From: Flavobacteriales bacterium
Lineage (GTDB): Bacteria; Bacteroidota; Bacteroidia; Palsa-965
NCBI GenBank assembly: GCA_040377305.1
Contig: JBEIPA010000051.1
Coordinates: forward strand, 1 to 15,307
DNA length: 15,307 nucleotides
Reading direction: 5' to 3'
The notes under the pieces were generated by a model. It saw nothing but the letters and a program-made list of their open reading frames with translations, did not search any database and was not told where the DNA came from. Shown here in pieces: positions 12,742 through 15,307 of the stretch. The translations under genes and the position numbers were made by a program. The first letter of the stretch is position 1; each line of letters starts with the position of its first letter.

Positions 12742-14829
12742 GTGCTGAAGTCTCTGCTACATATTTGTACTTGTGCTATCCTTTTTCTGATAGCAATTCC
12801 CGGTTATACTGACGAGCCGGAGAAGGGCAATCCCACAATCGATTCTTTGAAACGCGTTATTGAATTGCATCCTGCCGATTCACTTGGTGCGAAAGCGTAC
12901 ATCGGACTTGCTGGAGAGTTCCTGTTTGAGGATCCACATCAGGCAGAAATATATTGTAACAAGTCGCTGGAAGTTTCACGTCGTGCGAACTGGAAAGAAG
13001 GAATTGGTGAAGCTCTTGGGTGGATTGCCTATTTGCTTGAGCAGCGCGGCAAAGTTGATTCTGCTCTGAGCTATTACCAGGAAGCACTCGTGATTGCGCG
13101 TGACCTCGAGCAATTGAATGCACAAGGCACGATCATCAACAACATTGCTGCGATTTACAAAGACAAAGGTCTGATCGAAAAAGCATTGGAAATGTATGAT
13201 CAAAGCATCACGCTGAAAAAAGAAAGCGGAGATAAACACGGATTGGCATCCACCTACAACAACATCGGTTTGATTTATCAGAATCAGGGACAGATTGACG
13301 AGGCGTTGAGTTACTATAACCAAAGCCTACGAATCGACGATTCCCTTGGTAATATTCAGGGAATAAGTACGTCGTATCTGAATCTTGCTACAGTATATCA
13401 GGATCAAGGTGAATACGAAGTTGCGATGTTGTATGTGGACAGTTCGTTGACCTTAGCCGAGAAAAAACACGATTTATATAGTCAGGGATACGCACACGTT
13501 GTAATGGGCAATCTGTATAAGCTGATGAACAAACGCGATGAGGCGTTGAATCACTATCGCCTCAGTTTTGACCTGCGTGCGGCTATTGATGATCAGCAAG
13601 GAATGGCGTACTCCTTGAAATACATTGGAGAATTGTATGCGGATGAAGACAGTCTGAAGATGGCCTCCTCCTGTTTCGCGCAAAGTCTGAATCTTTTTAC
13701 GGTACTCGAAGATTCATGGGGAATGGCGAAAGTCCAATTCCTACTCGGTCAGATTTATTTACGCAACGAGGAACTCGATTCAGCACGCCTCATGGGTGAG
13801 CTTTCGCTGATGAATGCCCAATTGCTCGGTTATCCCTCAGACATTCGCGATGCGGCAAAACTTCTTGCGGATGTCTATCGCGCGCTCGGTAACTACAAAG
13901 TCGCATTGGAGATGAGCGATTTGTATATGCAGATGCGTGACAGCGTACTCAACGACGAAACGAAGAAGATTGCTCTGCTGAACAAATTCCAAAGTGAGTA
14001 CGACAAAAAAGCCGCGGTGTTGCAAGCGCAGAATGAAGCTTCTGTCAACGAGCAAAAATTGCAGCGGAATATGTTCATCGGCGGGTTCCTGCTGGTGCTT
14101 CTGTTAGCTATTGTTTTGTACAGTCGTTATCGTATCAAAACAGCATCAAACAAGGAACTTAACCAGAAGAATCTCATCATCTCCAACGAGAAGGAGCGAT
14201 CAGATAAATTGTTACTGAATATCCTGCCGCAGTATGTTGCGAATGAGTTGAAAGAAACGGGTTCCGCAAAGGCAATGAGTCACGACAGCGCAACGGTGAT
14301 GTTCACCGACTTTGTTGACTTCACAAAAATAGCAGAGCAGTTGTCGCCGGAAGAACTGGTGCGTGAAATCAATTTCTGTTTCAGTGCATTCGACAAGATT
14401 ATCGAGAAATACCGCATCGAGAAAGTGAAAACCATTGGTGATGCGTACATGTGCGCCGGTGGAATTCCACAAGGATACAACGGACATCCGGGTGAAGTGG
14501 TGAAAGCTGCCATGGAAATCCGCGACTTCATGAATGAATTGGCTGCCGAGCGTGAAGCGAAAGGAGAAAACTGCTTTAAGATCAGAATCGGAATTTCAAC
14601 AGGTCCGCTTGTTGCCGGTGTTGTTGGTTTGAAGAAATTCGCATACGACATCTGGGGCGATACGGTGAATGTAGCCGCGCGAATGGAAACCAATGGCATA
14701 GCGAACAAGATCAATGTTTCAGAATCGACTTACGAGTTGATCAAAGACCAATTTGCGTGCGAGTATCGCGGTGAGATTGAGGCAAAGAATAAAGGGAAGG
14801 TGAAGATGTATTTTGTGGAGAAGGTTTAG
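12742..14829 (+). CDS. Membrane-bound class III adenylate cyclase with extracytoplasmic TPR sensor domain
   Basis: N-terminal hydrophobic signal; TPRs (LASTYNNIGLIYQNQGQIDEALSYYNQSL etc.); TM MFIGGFLLVLLLAIVLY; linker EKERSDKLLLNILP; catalytic VMFTDFVDFT, KVKTIGDAYM, YDIWGDTVNVAARME (Lys/Asp pair indicates ATP specificity). Likely start GTG 12742 rather than TTG 12736. Confidence 0.93.
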   Translation: MLKSLLHICTCAILFLIAIPGYTDEPEKGNPTIDSLKRVIELHPADSLGAKAYIGLAGEFLFEDPHQAEIYCNKSLEVSRRANWKEGIGEALGWIAYLLEQRGKVDSALSYYQEALVIARDLEQLNAQGTIINNIAAIYKDKGLIEKALEMYDQSITLKKESGDKHGLASTYNNIGLIYQNQGQIDEALSYYNQSLRIDDSLGNIQGISTSYLNLATVYQDQGEYEVAMLYVDSSLTLAEKKHDLYSQGYAHVVMGNLYKLMNKRDEALNHYRLSFDLRAAIDDQQGMAYSLKYIGELYADEDSLKMASSCFAQSLNLFTVLEDSWGMAKVQFLLGQIYLRNEELDSARLMGELSLMNAQLLGYPSDIRDAAKLLADVYRALGNYKVALEMSDLYMQMRDSVLNDETKKIALLNKFQSEYDKKAAVLQAQNEASVNEQKLQRNMFIGGFLLVLLLAIVLYSRYRIKTASNKELNQKNLIISNEKERSDKLLLNILPQYVANELKETGSAKAMSHDSATVMFTDFVDFTKIAEQLSPEELVREINFCFSAFDKIIEKYRIEKVKTIGDAYMCAGGIPQGYNGHPGEVVKAAMEIRDFMNELAAEREAKGENCFKIRIGISTGPLVAGVVGLKKFAYDIWGDTVNVAARMETNGIANKINVSESTYELIKDQFACEYRGEIEAKNKGKVKMYFVEKV

Positions 14830-14839
14830 ACCGTCGCTA

Positions 14840-15063
14840 CGTCATCGCGAGGCACGAAGCGATCCCACGTAGCGAAACCAGCATAGAGAATACTCAAGAG
14901 CGTATAACTGCAGCTGTGACGGTCTAACAAGCGTGTGGATGCAAACGTTTTCGTCTACCGCTTGAGATCTTAGTCAAGCAAAAACGGACCAAACCATTCC
15001 TTGAACTAGATTTGTCTAACTGTGTGCTCCCTTCACGGGATCGCTTCGTGCCTCGCGATGACG
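14840..15063. mobile_element. Palindromic element with perfect 27-bp inverted repeats and 170-bp non-coding spacer
   Basis: CGTCATCGCGAGGCACGAAGCGATCCC (14840..14866) and GGGATCGCTTCGTGCCTCGCGATGACG (15037..15063), 27/27; between convergent genes. Mobility is inferred. Confidence 0.75.
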
Positions 15064-15141
15064 GTCGCCGTTTTTGGGTTTTCGCAAGCACGCGATGACG
15101 TTCCGTTTGCTTTCACGAATCTGCAGTGACTTTCGGATCAA

Positions 15142-15307
15142 TCACCGATCCAAGTCAGTTACCACACTAAATCGAATAATGTTCTTCTCCTTAAGTAAAT
15201 CAATAACTAATTCAATGTTGGGTGAAACAGAATACACATCACATTGCAAAGCGACATGACCATTCAGTTCTTCAGCCCCATGCAAGTCGATCAAAGATTC
15301 CAATTCA
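15142..15307 (-). CDS. 3' end of a gene entering from the right; ExbD/TolR periplasmic-domain-like C-terminus
   Basis: Hand translation ELESLIDLHGAEELNGHVALQCDVYSVSPNIELVIDLLKEKNIIRFSVVTDLDR*; pattern V.L..D......I..VID.LK..NI.R.S.VT resembles ExbD/TolR ends. Only 54 aa visible. Confidence 0.55.
   Translation of the reverse strand, partial: ELESLIDLHGAEELNGHVALQCDVYSVSPNIELVIDLLKEKNIIRFSVVTDLDR

Noticed and set aside
8092-14714. Numerous overlapping short or antisense ORFs (e.g. 8415..9014, 9136..9360, 9795..11797 plus-strand set, 14280..14714)
   Set aside because: Overlap well-supported genes or repeat elements in other frames or strands, and have atypical composition.
14867-15036. GIY-YIG or transposase pseudogene inside the 27-bp IR element
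   Set aside because: Partial hand translation on both strands gave early stops and no recognisable motif; a tblastn search would be needed to exclude a decayed remnant.
15074-15259. Plus-strand 61-aa ORF
   Set aside because: Antisense to the more protein-like minus-strand frame ending at 15142.

Overview
Bacteroidota-type chromosomal region (TAnnTTTG promoter boxes, no Shine-Dalgarno motifs) carrying an aerobic phenylacetate catabolism cluster: paaE transcribed divergently from paaABCD, then paaG, paaH and a detached paaI. The cluster is interrupted by unrelated envelope genes: a lipoprotein, small membrane proteins, a secreted vWA-like protein and a MORN/YwqK-repeat protein. It is followed by a TPR-sensor class III adenylate cyclase. 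Two edge genes missed by the ORF track lie on the minus strand: a secreted beta-propeller-repeat protein (1..524) and an ExbD/TolR-like C-terminus (15142..15307). The most unusual aspect is non-coding. Many gene junctions hold a different, gene-less palindromic or tandem element, several starting at a stop codon: a tandem 40-bp palindrome, heptamer and octamer arrays (one an inverted pair), a 151-bp symmetric hairpin, a REP doublet and a perfect 27-bp inverted-repeat pair. Also seen are an identical TGTAAC-N15-CGTTAT ECF-like promoter before two secreted-protein genes, two apparently leaderless genes, a CRP/FNR-like palindrome at the paaA promoter, and 21/22-bp-phased direct repeats.
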